Below are positions 38,908 to 50,100 of a DNA stretch of 64,000 nt, piece by piece (within the stretch, counting starts at the first letter, position 1; each line of letters starts with the position of its first letter). A program made the position numbers and the translations under genes. The DNA is from Candidatus Latescibacterota bacterium (lineage in GTDB: Bacteria; Latescibacterota; UBA2968; GCA-2709665): the NCBI GenBank assembly GCA_965219455.1, contig OZ244744.1, positions 3,104,001 to 3,168,000 of the forward strand. Reading direction: 5' to 3'. The notes below the pieces were generated by a model that was not told where the DNA came from, ran no database searches, and worked only from the letters and a program-made list of their open reading frames with translations.

Positions 38908-39351
38908 ATGAAGGATATCGCCATGGCTGCCAGTCACACAATTGAAGAAGGCACCGAGATCCAACTCGACTTCGAGAAGCTGTCCAGGGTTGCTGAAACC
39001 GGCCACTCCGTCATCCCGGTTGCCGTACAGGACGTGGACAGCAAGGCGGTACTCCTGATCGGCTACGCCAATGAACAGGCGCTGGACTACGCGCTTGAAC
39101 ATCGAGTGGCGACATTCTGGAGTACATCGCGCAACGAACTCTGGATCAAGGGGGCAACGTCAGGGGATATGCTCGAACTGATCGACGTGCGCATCAACTG
39201 CGAGCAGAACTCACTGTTATATCTGGTGCGCCTGAAGGGCGATGGAACGTGCCACACAAAGGTAAACGATCGGACACGCTACGGCTGTTATTACCGCGGC
39301 ATAGACAACGGAAAACTCAGATTCACAGATCCCAAAACCATCCTGGAGTGA
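38908..39351 (+). CDS. hisI: Phosphoribosyl-AMP cyclohydrolase
   Basis: IPVAVQD, FWSTSRNELWIKGATSG, NCEQN (variant of DCDxD), TCHT, GCYY. Confidence 0.9.
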   Translation: MKDIAMAASHTIEEGTEIQLDFEKLSRVAETGHSVIPVAVQDVDSKAVLLIGYANEQALDYALEHRVATFWSTSRNELWIKGATSGDMLELIDVRINCEQNSLLYLVRLKGDGTCHTKVNDRTRYGCYYRGIDNGKLRFTDPKTILE

Positions 39352-39354
39352 CAC

Positions 39355-40215
39355 ATGAACTTCACGCTCGGTCTGCCCAATGGCAGCATGCAAGGTCCGC
39401 TGTGCGACCTGCTCTCCCGCATCGGCCTGGACGTTCGCCCCAGCGGACGCAACGGTCAGGTTGCGATAGACGGTCTCGACCTATTCAGCCAGGCCGTCTA
39501 TATGCGCCCGCAGGATATTCCGCTGGCCCTGGTGAAAGGACAGATCGACTGCGGTATCTGCGGATTGGACTGCGTGGTCGAAACCGAACTTGCACAAGAA
39601 TCCCCAATCGACACCCGAATTCAACGCCTCGCGGAACTGAAAATAAGCCGGGATACCCGCGACTCTGCCCGGGTTATCCTGTTCGGACGGCCGGACAGCC
39701 CGCCGTTGTCGCAAAATGCAACAGTGACGATCAGTTCCGAATATCCGGCGATCACCCGCAACCGATATCCGAATGCGGATATCGACTTCTCACACGGAAG
39801 CACGGAGATCAAGGTGGCAATGAAGCTTTTCGACTACGGTGTGGGTGTCACGATAACGGGCATCAGTTTGCGGGAAAACGGCCTGCAAATCTTAGACGAA
39901 ATCATGGTTTCTCCTATTGTTGTCATTGCACGCAGCCGAATTTCCGAATTCGTCGCCCTGGGAGACCTGTTGGCCGGCGCGCTCGAGGCCGAAAATCAAC
40001 AACTCATCAAATTAAACGTCGACAACTGTCGGAGAAATGCAGTCCTGGATGCGTTGCCCGCCCGGCGCGCGCCGACACTCAGCCCTTTATCGGATTGCGC
40101 CAGCGCGATCGAAACCGTCGTGCCCAAATCGCAAACGGCCGGGCTCCTGATTCGCCTGCGCACGCTTGGCGCGACGGACATTATTGTGCAGAACATCAAT
40201 GCGATCGTGGGATAG
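39355..40215 (+). CDS. hisG: ATP phosphoribosyltransferase, long form
   Basis: LPNGSM, RPQDIP, DCGICGLD, HGSTE, TG.SLRENGL, and C-terminal PTLSPL...GATDIIV. Confidence 0.9.
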   Translation: MNFTLGLPNGSMQGPLCDLLSRIGLDVRPSGRNGQVAIDGLDLFSQAVYMRPQDIPLALVKGQIDCGICGLDCVVETELAQESPIDTRIQRLAELKISRDTRDSARVILFGRPDSPPLSQNATVTISSEYPAITRNRYPNADIDFSHGSTEIKVAMKLFDYGVGVTITGISLRENGLQILDEIMVSPIVVIARSRISEFVALGDLLAGALEAENQQLIKLNVDNCRRNAVLDALPARRAPTLSPLSDCASAIETVVPKSQTAGLLIRLRTLGATDIIVQNINAIVG

Positions 40216-40838
40216 AATACACCCAACCGGCAGGGCAGGCGAGAGACGCGGGAGAGATTGATCGGAGAGTGAAAAGGCCGCGGCGGAAAAATATGGAGAG
40301 GGGAAACGGGAAAAAGTGCAAACACGGGATCGCGCGGAACTTAAGACGATGCCGCCGGGACGATCGCGCCGCTCCAGAGCCGTTCCAGGAAATCCCGCCA
40401 CGGCAGGATCAGGATTCCATCTGCGGTTGGGCGCGGTCCCATAGAAAACACTCAGAAACGCCGAACAAATCTAAAATTGATATTCGATTATACATGAATA
40501 TCTAAAACAGACATTTGGATTTTCAAGGCCAGAACGAAGATTTGATGCCGTGTCCAGAGCGGCTTCGCTGTGCTCCACGGTAACGCAATCTGTAACGCTA
40601 CGATATGTTCGTGGCGTTTTTCCTTTTCGGGAGCTTCGACGAACCACCGATAAACACGTCCTATGGGCTGTTGTATTCGGCGGGTACCCGACACTTGGAT
40701 CGGAAAATACATTGGTAAAATTACTTCCAAATATTTATTATTTCATTTTGTATATTTATCCCGGCAAATATCGATGTCGAACCCACTCACAAAAAAGACA
40801 CACAAATTTCGGATTTTTGCAGTTCAATTGAGGATTTC

Positions 40839-43800
40839 GTGGCCTTTTTCGGCGCAATTTCTGGTTTACGAATTAAGATCAGCTCTATCACCCTCGGCGT
40901 CGTCGGCCTGATCTGCCTGTTTGTGTTCGCGCTCCCGTGGTCGCCGTCCACGCAGCCGAGCGGATTTTCTCTCTCGCTGGACCTGGACGATGCTGCAGGC
41001 GACCAGGCCGTTTCCTCACTCGACCTCCTTCCCGATCAGCCTTTTTCCATCCAGATCTTCGGCAGAGATATTCAGGGCGCCACCGGCATTTCCGCGCGCT
41101 TTCGTATCGACGCATCCCAGGTCGCGTACGAGGGCTTCGATGCGGGCGACGCGCTGCCGAACGCGCAGGCCGTTGCACAGCCGGATACCACGTCGGTCCG
41201 TATCGGTGTGTCGTGGTCGAGCGGCTCCGCATCGGTGAACACCGGGCTTGTGGGCACGCTGCGATTGCGCACCACGCCATCGTTTTCGGACACGGAGGTG
41301 TGGCTGGAGCACGCCGAGCTTACGCGGGGCGGGCAGACCGAGACGATCTCGCCCGCGGCCGGCGTGGCGCTGCAGGTTGCCGCGCCGCCTTCTCCGGACT
41401 TCGACGGCGACGGCGTGGTGGACTTCTTCGACTTTGTGGCGTTCGCCGGCGTCTTCGGGTCGCAGCGCGGAGACGGGAAGTACGTGGCGGCGTACGATCT
41501 GACCCAGGACGGCGGCATCGGCTTCGACGATTTTCTGGTCTTCGCCAGCAACTTCGGCAAAAATCCCAATCGCGCTCCCGCTTTCGACGCCACACCTCCG
41601 TTGACGCGTACCATGGAAGAAAACACGCCATTTGGACAGCCCATCGGGGCCCCCGTCACGGCCAAGGACGCCGACGGCAATTCCCTGTCCTACGGCCTGC
41701 GGGGCGTGCACTCGGACAGCTTTGCGATTGAACCGGGCACGGGTCAGCTTCTCACAAGGGAAGGAACTGCGTACGACCACGAGGCCAGGGACACCTATTC
41801 CGTGACGGTACGCGCCAGCGACGGGCAGGGGGGCCGCGCCACGGTCGTGGTGGGCATCTCCGTCACGGACGTGGACGAACCCCCTTCCGCGGCGCCCGAC
41901 AGCGTGGCAGTGGCCCCGCGCGACAGCGCGCTTGCCGTGACGTGGCTGGCGGCGATGGACGAGGCGGGCAAGCCTCCGGTGAGCGGGTACGAGGTGGGGC
42001 ATAAGCAGGCAGAGGCTGAGACATGGCCGGAGGGGCTGCTGGTGGAAGGCCGCACGGATACGAGCGTCACGTTAGCAGGCCTGACCAACGAACAGCCGTA
42101 CCACGTACGTGTGCGCACAATGAACGAGGAGGGCGCGAGCCCCTGGTCGGAGACCGTTGCCGGCGCGCCCACGGTGGGTCCGCGGCCCCTGGGCGTGATC
42201 GGCGACCTGACGGTCTTCGTCGACCGCGACCTTCCCGTGAACCTGGCCAGCCTGTTCACGCGGCCGGCACTTGGGGCGCTGACGTATGATGCGACGTCGT
42301 CCGACGAGGGGGTTGCCACGGTGACCGTGGCGGATACGATGGCGACGGTGCGCGGCGTGGCCGCGGGGCGCGCGACCATCACCGCCACTGCCAGCGATGT
42401 ACAGGGCAAAAGCGCACAGACGACCTTTGCCGTCGACGTAACGACAGCATTGCCACCGCCTCCGCCGCCACAGAACAACCGGCCGCCGACCTTCGACGAC
42501 GGGCGCAGCACGTCGCGCACCCTGGCGGAGAACACGCCCGCGCACCGTCCCATTCAGCATCCGGTCAACGCCACGGATCCGGACGGACACCGGGTGACGT
42601 ACAGACTCTCGGGGCCGGACTCCGCCAGCTTTTCGGTGGCCACCGGGAGTGGCCAACTGCGCACGTTGTCGGGCATCACGTACGACTTCGAGGATAACGA
42701 CAGGTATTCCGTCGACCTGGTAGGCAGCGACCCCTACGGCGAATCGGCCACGATCGGCGTGACCATCCACGTGGACGACGTGGACGAGCCGCCGGAGATT
42801 CCCGCAGCGCCGCTGGTACAACCGGCGTCGACGACCAGCCTGACGGTCACGTGGGACGCGCCGGACAACACGGGTCCTGCTATCAACGACTACGACGTGC
42901 AATACCGGAAGAGCGGCAACTTCCTCCCCCATACACACGACGGACCGGGCACGAGTGCGACCATCATCGACCTTGACGTCAACACCCGCTACGAGGTGCA
43001 GGTGCGGGCAACCAACGACGAAGGCGAGGGCGGGTGGTCTGGATCAGGCTTCGGGACGACCAGTTCCAACCTTTCGCCGGTGTTCGACGAGGGACGGAGT
43101 ACCACGCGCGAGGTGGCCGAGAATACGACCGGTGTGCAGAACCTGGGCGTCCCGCTGCGGGCGGACGACCCGGAGAACACCGCGGTGACGTACAGCCTCA
43201 CCCGCGGCGACACGGAGAGTTTTTACGTCGATGAGAATACGGGTCAACTGCGAACATCGGCGGACGCCACCTACGACTTCGAGACGAAGGACCGCTACTC
43301 CGTGACGGTGGAAGCGCAGGACGAGCACGGCGGGCGGGCGACCATTGCCGTGACCATAGACGTGACCGACGACGACAGCGAAGCGCCGGAGGCGCCTGAC
43401 AAGCCCACGTTCACGGCGCAGACGCTGAACAGCCTGTCCATACGCTGGACGGCCCCGGCCAACACCGGTCCTGCTATCAACGACTACGACGTGCAGTTCA
43501 GCGAGGACGGCGGCGCCTTCACCGACTGGCCGCACACGGGGCCGGGGACGACCACGACCATTACCTCCCTGACGGCCGACACGCCCTACCGGGTGCAGGT
43601 GCTGGCACGCTCTCCCGAAGGCGAAAGCTCCTGGTCGGAGTCTGCAGACGCCAGGACCGTGGCCAACAGCGGGCCGACGTTCAACGAGGGCACGAGCACC
43701 ACGCGCTCTCTGGCAGAGAACACCACGGGTACAAACGACATCGGCAACCCGGTCACGGCGAGGGACAATGACGGCGGCACGCTCACCTACGACCTGGAAG

Positions 43801-46800
43801 GCACGGACCAGGCCGCCTTCGCCCTTGACGGCAACCAGCTGCAAACCCGGTCGGGACAGACATACGACTTCGAGGCGAAGCCCCGCTATGACGTCGTCGT
43901 GCGCGTCGAAGACGGGCAGGGCGGCAGCAACACCATTGCGGTCAGGATCAACCTGACGGACCAGCAGGAAAGACCCGGCACCCCCGACGCGCCCTCCGTC
44001 TCGGCGTCGTCGTCCACCAGCCTGGAGGTCACGTGGGACGAGCCGGCAAACACCGGCCCCGACATCAACGACTACGACGTGCAATACCGGGAAGGGGACA
44101 GCGGCGGCTTCAGCGCGTGGACGCACAACAGCGCGGAACGCACCGCAACCATCACGGGCCGCACCCCGGGCACGAGCTACCAGGTGCAGGTGCTGGCGAA
44201 GTCTCCTGAAGGCACGAGCGTCTGGTCGGAATCGGGCACGGGAAGCACCGATCCCAATCAGTTGCCAACATTCACTGACGGGCTCGGCGCGACACGCACC
44301 CTGGCGGAGAACACCAAGGGCGTGAAGGACATAGGCGATCCGGTGGGCGCCACGGACCCCGAGATGACCCCGCTGACGTACGCCCTTGAAGGCACGCACG
44401 CGGACTCCTTCTCGATAGACACGCGTAGCGGTCAGCTTAAAACCAGATCAGGCAGGACCTACGACTTTGAGGCCTTGTCGCGCTATTCGGTCAATGTCAA
44501 AGCCACCGACGGCCACGGCGGCGAGGGCAGCATCCCCGTGTCCATCGACCTGACCGATCTGAACGAGGCGCCCGTGTTTACCGGCGAGCCGACGCTCGAG
44601 GCGACGGAGAACCAGTCCTTCGCCGGCAGGGTCAGTGCCGACGACCTGGACCAGGGCGATGCCATCACAGACTACACCCTGACCGGCGGCAGCGACCGCA
44701 GCAGGCTCGAAATCAGCAACACCGGCGCGCTGACGTTCAGGGATGACCCCGACTTCGAGCGTCCCGTGGACGCGGGAAGCAACAACAGCTACGTCGTGGA
44801 GGTCACCGCCACCGGCGGTTCCGGCGGTCGCGCACTAACCGCCGCGCAGACCGTTACCGTCAATGTCACGGACGAGAACGAGCCGCCGGTTTTCACCATT
44901 GAAGACACCTTCGAGGTCACCGAGAACACCCGGTTCGCCGGACTAATGGTGGCCCAGGACGTCGATGCCGGTGATGCCATTACCGGATACGCTGTCACCG
45001 GCGCCGCAGACGGGGACCTGTTCGAGATCGCGAGCACGAACCAGCTGCGTTTTAAGGAGGATCCCGACTTTGAGACTCCCGCGGATGCAGGGAGCAACAA
45101 CGACTACAGCGTGGTGGTGGAGGCGACCGGCGGCAGCGGCACCCGCGAAATGCCGGGCACCAAGACGGTCGTCGTCCTCGTGAAGGATGACGTCGAACCG
45201 CCGGGCAAGCCCGACCCGCCCACGGTGAGCGGCGAGACGGAGAGCAGCCTGACCGTGAGCTGGGATGCGCCAGAAAACCAAGGTCCCGACATCACGAACT
45301 ATTACGTGCAGTACAGGGAAGGCGCCAGCGGCGCCTTCAGCAATTGGCACGAGACCGGTCCCACCCGGTCTCGCACGATCACCGGCTTGAGCTCGGGCAG
45401 GATCTGCCGGATTCAGGTGCAGGCGGAGAACGACGAAGGGAAGGGCCCATGGTCCGATCAGGTCTACGGCACGATCCTCCCCGCGTCGATTGTTCCTTCC
45501 TCGACTCCGGTCTTCACGGCGGCTCCGGATGAGGACCATCGCTTCGGTCAACCGGTGACTCACGCCTATAGTGGCGACCACACCAGTACGCTCGATCCCG
45601 GCGATCATAACCGCACCCACGTCGAGTACGACGACGGAACGCTCGAGCCGGCAACCGGTACTGCAGGGATCAACATCACCAACAAGAACGCGGGTTCCGA
45701 GTACCACGCGATCACGATCGGCGACAGCGCCGAGGTAACTGCAAGAGGAAGCGTCGCGGCCAACATCACAACGGAAGGCAACACCGGGAACCTTTGGATC
45801 CTGAACCAAGGCTCCGTAACTCTCGATAGCGCGGGCATCGGCATCCGCGCGGTGATGAAGGCCTCCCCCGCCAACATACTCCTCGTGAACGACGGAGAAA
45901 TCACACTGAACGGCCTCACCACCGCGCCGGACTTGGCTCAATCCAACCATCGTCTTGTGGTCGGGGGCCTCAACAAGGCGGCGGAGCCCCATGACTTCTC
46001 GAACTACAGCCACAAGGTCGAGTTGTTCAACATGCCCGGCGGCCAACTCATTGCTACCGGTCCCTACAACAAGCGAGTTGACGGTCTTAAGTGCGAGACT
46101 GGAAGCGGACATCTCACACGACTGGTCAACTATGCGGAAGGCCAGATCCGGATTGAAGGAGAGGGCGCGCGCGGGATCTCGGCTCAGAGTCTCTGGGGAG
46201 CGTCACAGGGTCTCAACTTCGGCTCAATCGAAATCAACGGTCTGTACGCGATCGGCTTGTGGGCGGGGAACTGCGCGCCGTGGCCGTTCGAGAACAACGG
46301 TTGCCACGGGAACCTGGATGAGATCGTCCCCGACCGGACCAGCAACGTGCCGGGCGATGTCTACGCGAGGAACTACAGTGACGCCTCCATCACCACGAGG
46401 GCGACGACACGCACGGACGACAGACGGAGACACCGCCACGGATATGGAATCATCGCCAGGAGTTCGATGTCCGGCCGGGTCTTCGCGATCAACCAGGGGA
46501 CGATCGATACGGAGGGAAAATGGAGCCACGGCATATATGCTTACGGATACGATAACGACAGAGATCTCGATGACACTTCGTACCCCGACATTCCAGACTA
46601 CCCGGACACATCGGAGCACGATGGCGTTCATGTGGAAAATACCGGTACGATCAGCACGGACGGCGAGGCGGCCCACGGTATTCGCGCCGAGCATTACCGC
46701 GGCGGCGAGATCAAGGTATTCAACACCGGGAATATCTTGGCGACGAGCAAGTACTCGACGAATGCGGAATCTTCGTACTCGGCGGGAATATCAATTGCTG

Positions 46801-47159
46801 GGATGGGTGGGGATGTTCCTGGACCGGGATGTGAGACGGCGGCAGGCGATCCGGTGGACCCGGACATCGTTTGTAAGAACGTCTACCGTATAGGCGACGT
46901 CGTGGTCTGGAACAGCGGCGACATCGGCGCCCCTGAGGGCATCACCGAAGCTCCCAGCATAGGTATCGACGTGGTGAGCCAGGGTGGGGATATCACGATT
47001 ACCCACACCGGGAGTATCACGGCCGCCAGGATCGGAATCCGCGTGCAAACCTCGGGGCAGGGGAAGATCACCCTGAACGCAAGTGGAGCATTGAATGCGC
47101 CGATGAAGTACGAGGTTATTGGCGGCACGGACAATGAAATTGTCGTGAACGAGCTTTAG
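40839..47159 (+). CDS. Giant adhesin 1: cohesin-like, dockerin/EF-hand, cadherin and FN3 repeats, beta-helix-like C-terminus (start uncertain)
   Basis: DFDGDGVVDFFDF and DLTQDGGIGFDDF; repeated EN..G..IG.PV.A.D.D and YDFE cadherin motifs; W..P.N.GP.I.DY.VQY FN3 motifs; tail with N.G.I.T.G...HGI.A repeats. Confidence 0.85.
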   Translation: MAFFGAISGLRIKISSITLGVVGLICLFVFALPWSPSTQPSGFSLSLDLDDAAGDQAVSSLDLLPDQPFSIQIFGRDIQGATGISARFRIDASQVAYEGFDAGDALPNAQAVAQPDTTSVRIGVSWSSGSASVNTGLVGTLRLRTTPSFSDTEVWLEHAELTRGGQTETISPAAGVALQVAAPPSPDFDGDGVVDFFDFVAFAGVFGSQRGDGKYVAAYDLTQDGGIGFDDFLVFASNFGKNPNRAPAFDATPPLTRTMEENTPFGQPIGAPVTAKDADGNSLSYGLRGVHSDSFAIEPGTGQLLTREGTAYDHEARDTYSVTVRASDGQGGRATVVVGISVTDVDEPPSAAPDSVAVAPRDSALAVTWLAAMDEAGKPPVSGYEVGHKQAEAETWPEGLLVEGRTDTSVTLAGLTNEQPYHVRVRTMNEEGASPWSETVAGAPTVGPRPLGVIGDLTVFVDRDLPVNLASLFTRPALGALTYDATSSDEGVATVTVADTMATVRGVAAGRATITATASDVQGKSAQTTFAVDVTTALPPPPPPQNNRPPTFDDGRSTSRTLAENTPAHRPIQHPVNATDPDGHRVTYRLSGPDSASFSVATGSGQLRTLSGITYDFEDNDRYSVDLVGSDPYGESATIGVTIHVDDVDEPPEIPAAPLVQPASTTSLTVTWDAPDNTGPAINDYDVQYRKSGNFLPHTHDGPGTSATIIDLDVNTRYEVQVRATNDEGEGGWSGSGFGTTSSNLSPVFDEGRSTTREVAENTTGVQNLGVPLRADDPENTAVTYSLTRGDTESFYVDENTGQLRTSADATYDFETKDRYSVTVEAQDEHGGRATIAVTIDVTDDDSEAPEAPDKPTFTAQTLNSLSIRWTAPANTGPAINDYDVQFSEDGGAFTDWPHTGPGTTTTITSLTADTPYRVQVLARSPEGESSWSESADARTVANSGPTFNEGTSTTRSLAENTTGTNDIGNPVTARDNDGGTLTYDLEGTDQAAFALDGNQLQTRSGQTYDFEAKPRYDVVVRVEDGQGGSNTIAVRINLTDQQERPGTPDAPSVSASSSTSLEVTWDEPANTGPDINDYDVQYREGDSGGFSAWTHNSAERTATITGRTPGTSYQVQVLAKSPEGTSVWSESGTGSTDPNQLPTFTDGLGATRTLAENTKGVKDIGDPVGATDPEMTPLTYALEGTHADSFSIDTRSGQLKTRSGRTYDFEALSRYSVNVKATDGHGGEGSIPVSIDLTDLNEAPVFTGEPTLEATENQSFAGRVSADDLDQGDAITDYTLTGGSDRSRLEISNTGALTFRDDPDFERPVDAGSNNSYVVEVTATGGSGGRALTAAQTVTVNVTDENEPPVFTIEDTFEVTENTRFAGLMVAQDVDAGDAITGYAVTGAADGDLFEIASTNQLRFKEDPDFETPADAGSNNDYSVVVEATGGSGTREMPGTKTVVVLVKDDVEPPGKPDPPTVSGETESSLTVSWDAPENQGPDITNYYVQYREGASGAFSNWHETGPTRSRTITGLSSGRICRIQVQAENDEGKGPWSDQVYGTILPASIVPSSTPVFTAAPDEDHRFGQPVTHAYSGDHTSTLDPGDHNRTHVEYDDGTLEPATGTAGINITNKNAGSEYHAITIGDSAEVTARGSVAANITTEGNTGNLWILNQGSVTLDSAGIGIRAVMKASPANILLVNDGEITLNGLTTAPDLAQSNHRLVVGGLNKAAEPHDFSNYSHKVELFNMPGGQLIATGPYNKRVDGLKCETGSGHLTRLVNYAEGQIRIEGEGARGISAQSLWGASQGLNFGSIEINGLYAIGLWAGNCAPWPFENNGCHGNLDEIVPDRTSNVPGDVYARNYSDASITTRATTRTDDRRRHRHGYGIIARSSMSGRVFAINQGTIDTEGKWSHGIYAYGYDNDRDLDDTSYPDIPDYPDTSEHDGVHVENTGTISTDGEAAHGIRAEHYRGGEIKVFNTGNILATSKYSTNAESSYSAGISIAGMGGDVPGPGCETAAGDPVDPDIVCKNVYRIGDVVVWNSGDIGAPEGITEAPSIGIDVVSQGGDITITHTGSITAARIGIRVQTSGQGKITLNASGALNAPMKYEVIGGTDNEIVVNEL

Positions 47160-47176
47160 TCAGGTGTTCGAGGACG

Positions 47177-50100
47177 GTGGGACGGTGCCGTCGAGATCGT
47201 GGCCGCAGGCGGCGTGTTCAGCAGCCAGAAATGGACCTGCTGACGTATACGGCGTTGTCCGGAAATACGGCCGCCGCTTCCTTTCATGTGATCGGTGTAC
47301 TTTGTCGTTCGCGAATAAGCATTGGGTCTTTCACCCTCGGCGCCGTCGGCCTGATCTGCCTGTTTGTGTTCGCGCTCCCGTGGTCGCCGTCCACGCAGCC
47401 GAGCGGATTTTCCGTCTCGCTGGACCTGGTCGGCACGGTGCGATTGCGTACGACGGCTGCATTCTCTGATACAGAGATCTGGCTTGTCGACGCGGAACTT
47501 GCCCGTGGCGGGCAGACCGAGACGATCTCTTCTGCCATTGGCGTGGCGCTGCAGGTGGCCGCACCGCCTTCTCCGGACTTCGACGGCAACGGCCTGGTAG
47601 GCTTCTCCGACTTTGTAGCCTTTGCCGGCGCTTTCGGGGCACAACGGGGCGACGGCAAGTATGTGGCAAAGTACGATCTGAACAACGACGGCAGCATCGG
47701 CTTCGATGACCTGCTGATCTTCGCCGAGAGCTTCGGCGATGCGGTCAACCGCGCGCCGGTGTTCGGGGTTGCGCCACCCGTGACGCGCGCGCTGGCGGAG
47801 AACACGCCCGCAGGCCAGCCCATCGGCGACCCCGTCCTTGCCACGGATGCCGATGACGATTCTCTCACCTATGGCCTGCGCGGCGTGCACGCGAACCGTT
47901 TTTCCATAGGCGCCGGCACAGGGCAGTTGCTGACAAAGGAAGGCATTGCCTACGACCACGAAGCCAGCGACACCTATTCTGTAACCGTCCGGGCCAGTGA
48001 CGGCAAGGGGGGCCGCGCCACCGTCGGGGTGGACGTCGCCGTGACCGACGTGGACGAACCCCCCGGCGCGCCGCCCCCGGGCGTGGCGGTCACGCCGCGC
48101 AACAGCGCCCTGTTGGTAAGCTGGAACACGCCGCCCCCGGGCGTGGCGGTCACGCCGCGCAACAGCGCCCTGTTGGTAAGCTGGAACACGCCGCCCGACG
48201 AGGCGGGCAAGCCCCCGGTGAGCGGTTACGAGGTGACGCACCGGCGCGGCGATACCGGCGACTGGCAGGAAGCGCTGATGCTGGACAGCAGCGCGGATAC
48301 CAGCGTGACGTTGACGCGCCTGAACAACGAACGGACCCATCAGGTGCGCGTGCGCAGTTTCAACGACGAGGGGACAGGCCCATGGTCACAACCCGTTGCG
48401 GGCGCGCCCACGGCGGGGCCGAAGGTGGCGCGCGGCATCCCCGACCAGAGTCTCTACACGGACGGGGGTAACCGTCGCGTGAACCTGTCCGTGGCCTTCA
48501 CCCGGCCGGGCAGGAGGCCGCTGATCTACGGTGCGGCATCGTCCGACAGCACGATCGCCGCGGTGAGCGTGTCGGATTCCATCGCGACGCTGCGCCCCGC
48601 GGCCGGCGGGCGCGTGACCATCACTGCGACCGCCAGCGACCTGTGGGGCAACGCGGCGCAGACGACCTTTAACGTTGTCGTGACCTCGGGTTCCCCACCG
48701 CCTCCCCGGCCGCCTCCTGTGCCCACGGGGCCAGGCGGGCCATCGCGGCCGCCTCAGCCGCCCCCGCCACCTCCACCGCCGCAAAACAACCGGCCGCCTA
48801 CCTTCGACGACGGATCAAACACGTCGCGCACCGTGGCTGAGAACACGCCCGCGCGCCGTCCCATCCAGCATCCGGTCAACGCCACCGACCCGGACGGACA
48901 CCGCGTGACGTACAATCTCTCGGGCCCGGGCTCCGCCAGCTTCGCCGTTGACACGGGCAGCGGGCAGTTGCGCACGCTGTCGGGCATCACGTACGACTTC
49001 GAGGATAACGACCGCTATTCCGTGGAACTGGATGCCAGCGACCCCTACGGCGAATCCACCACGATCGGGGTCACCATCCACGTGGCCGACGTGAACGAGC
49101 CGCCGGCGATTCCCGTCGCGCCTGTGGTACAGCCGGCGTCGACGACCAGCCTGACGGTCACGTGGGAAGCACCGGACAACACGGGTCCGGACATCACCGA
49201 CTACGACCTGCAATATCGGCAGAGCGGCAGCTTCCTCCCTCATACCCACGATGGGCCGGGTACGAGCGCAACCATCATCGAACTCGACATCAACACACGC
49301 TACGAGGTGCAGGTGCGTGCAGCCAACGACGAAGGGACGACGTTATGGTCCCGGTCGGGCTTCGGGTCCACCAGTAGCAATCTGCCGCCGGTTTTCGACG
49401 AAGGAAGGAGCACTACGCGCGAGGTGGCAGAGAACGCGACCGGGACAACCGACCTCGGCGTCCCGCTGCGGGCAGACGACCCGGAGAACACCACGGTGAC
49501 GTACAGCCTCACTCGCGGGGACACGGAGAGTTTTGGCGTCGACACCAACACCGGTCAACTGCGGACCGCAACGGGCGTTGACTACGACTTCGAAACGAAA
49601 AATCGCTACTCGGTGACGGTGGAAGGGAGGGACGAGCAGGACGGAAGCGCGACCATCACCGTGACCATAAACGTGATCGACGACGACACCGAGGAACCGG
49701 AGACGCCCGACAAGCCCACGGTCACGGGACAGACGCTGAGCAGCCTGTCCATCCGATGGACGGCGCCCGCTAACACCGGCCCCGCCGTCAACGACTACGA
49801 CGTGCAGTACAGCGAGGACGGCGGCGCCTTCACCGACTGGCCGCACACGGGGCCGGGGACGACCACGACCATTACCTCCCTGACGGCCGACACGCCCTAC
49901 CGAGTGCAGGTGCTGGCACGCTCTCCCGAAGGCGAAAGCTCCTGGTCGGAGTCTGCAGACGCCAGGACCGTGGCCAACAGCGCGCCGACGTTCAACGAGG
50001 GCACGAGCACCACGCGCTCTCTGGCAGAGAACTCGACGGGCACAAACGATCTCGGCAATCCGCTCACCGCGCGGGATACCGACGGAGGCACACTCAGCTA

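Noticed and set aside
39249-40505. 418-aa ORF overlapping hisG
   Set aside because: It is an alternative frame with Arg/Pro-rich composition, while the hisG frame carries all the motifs.
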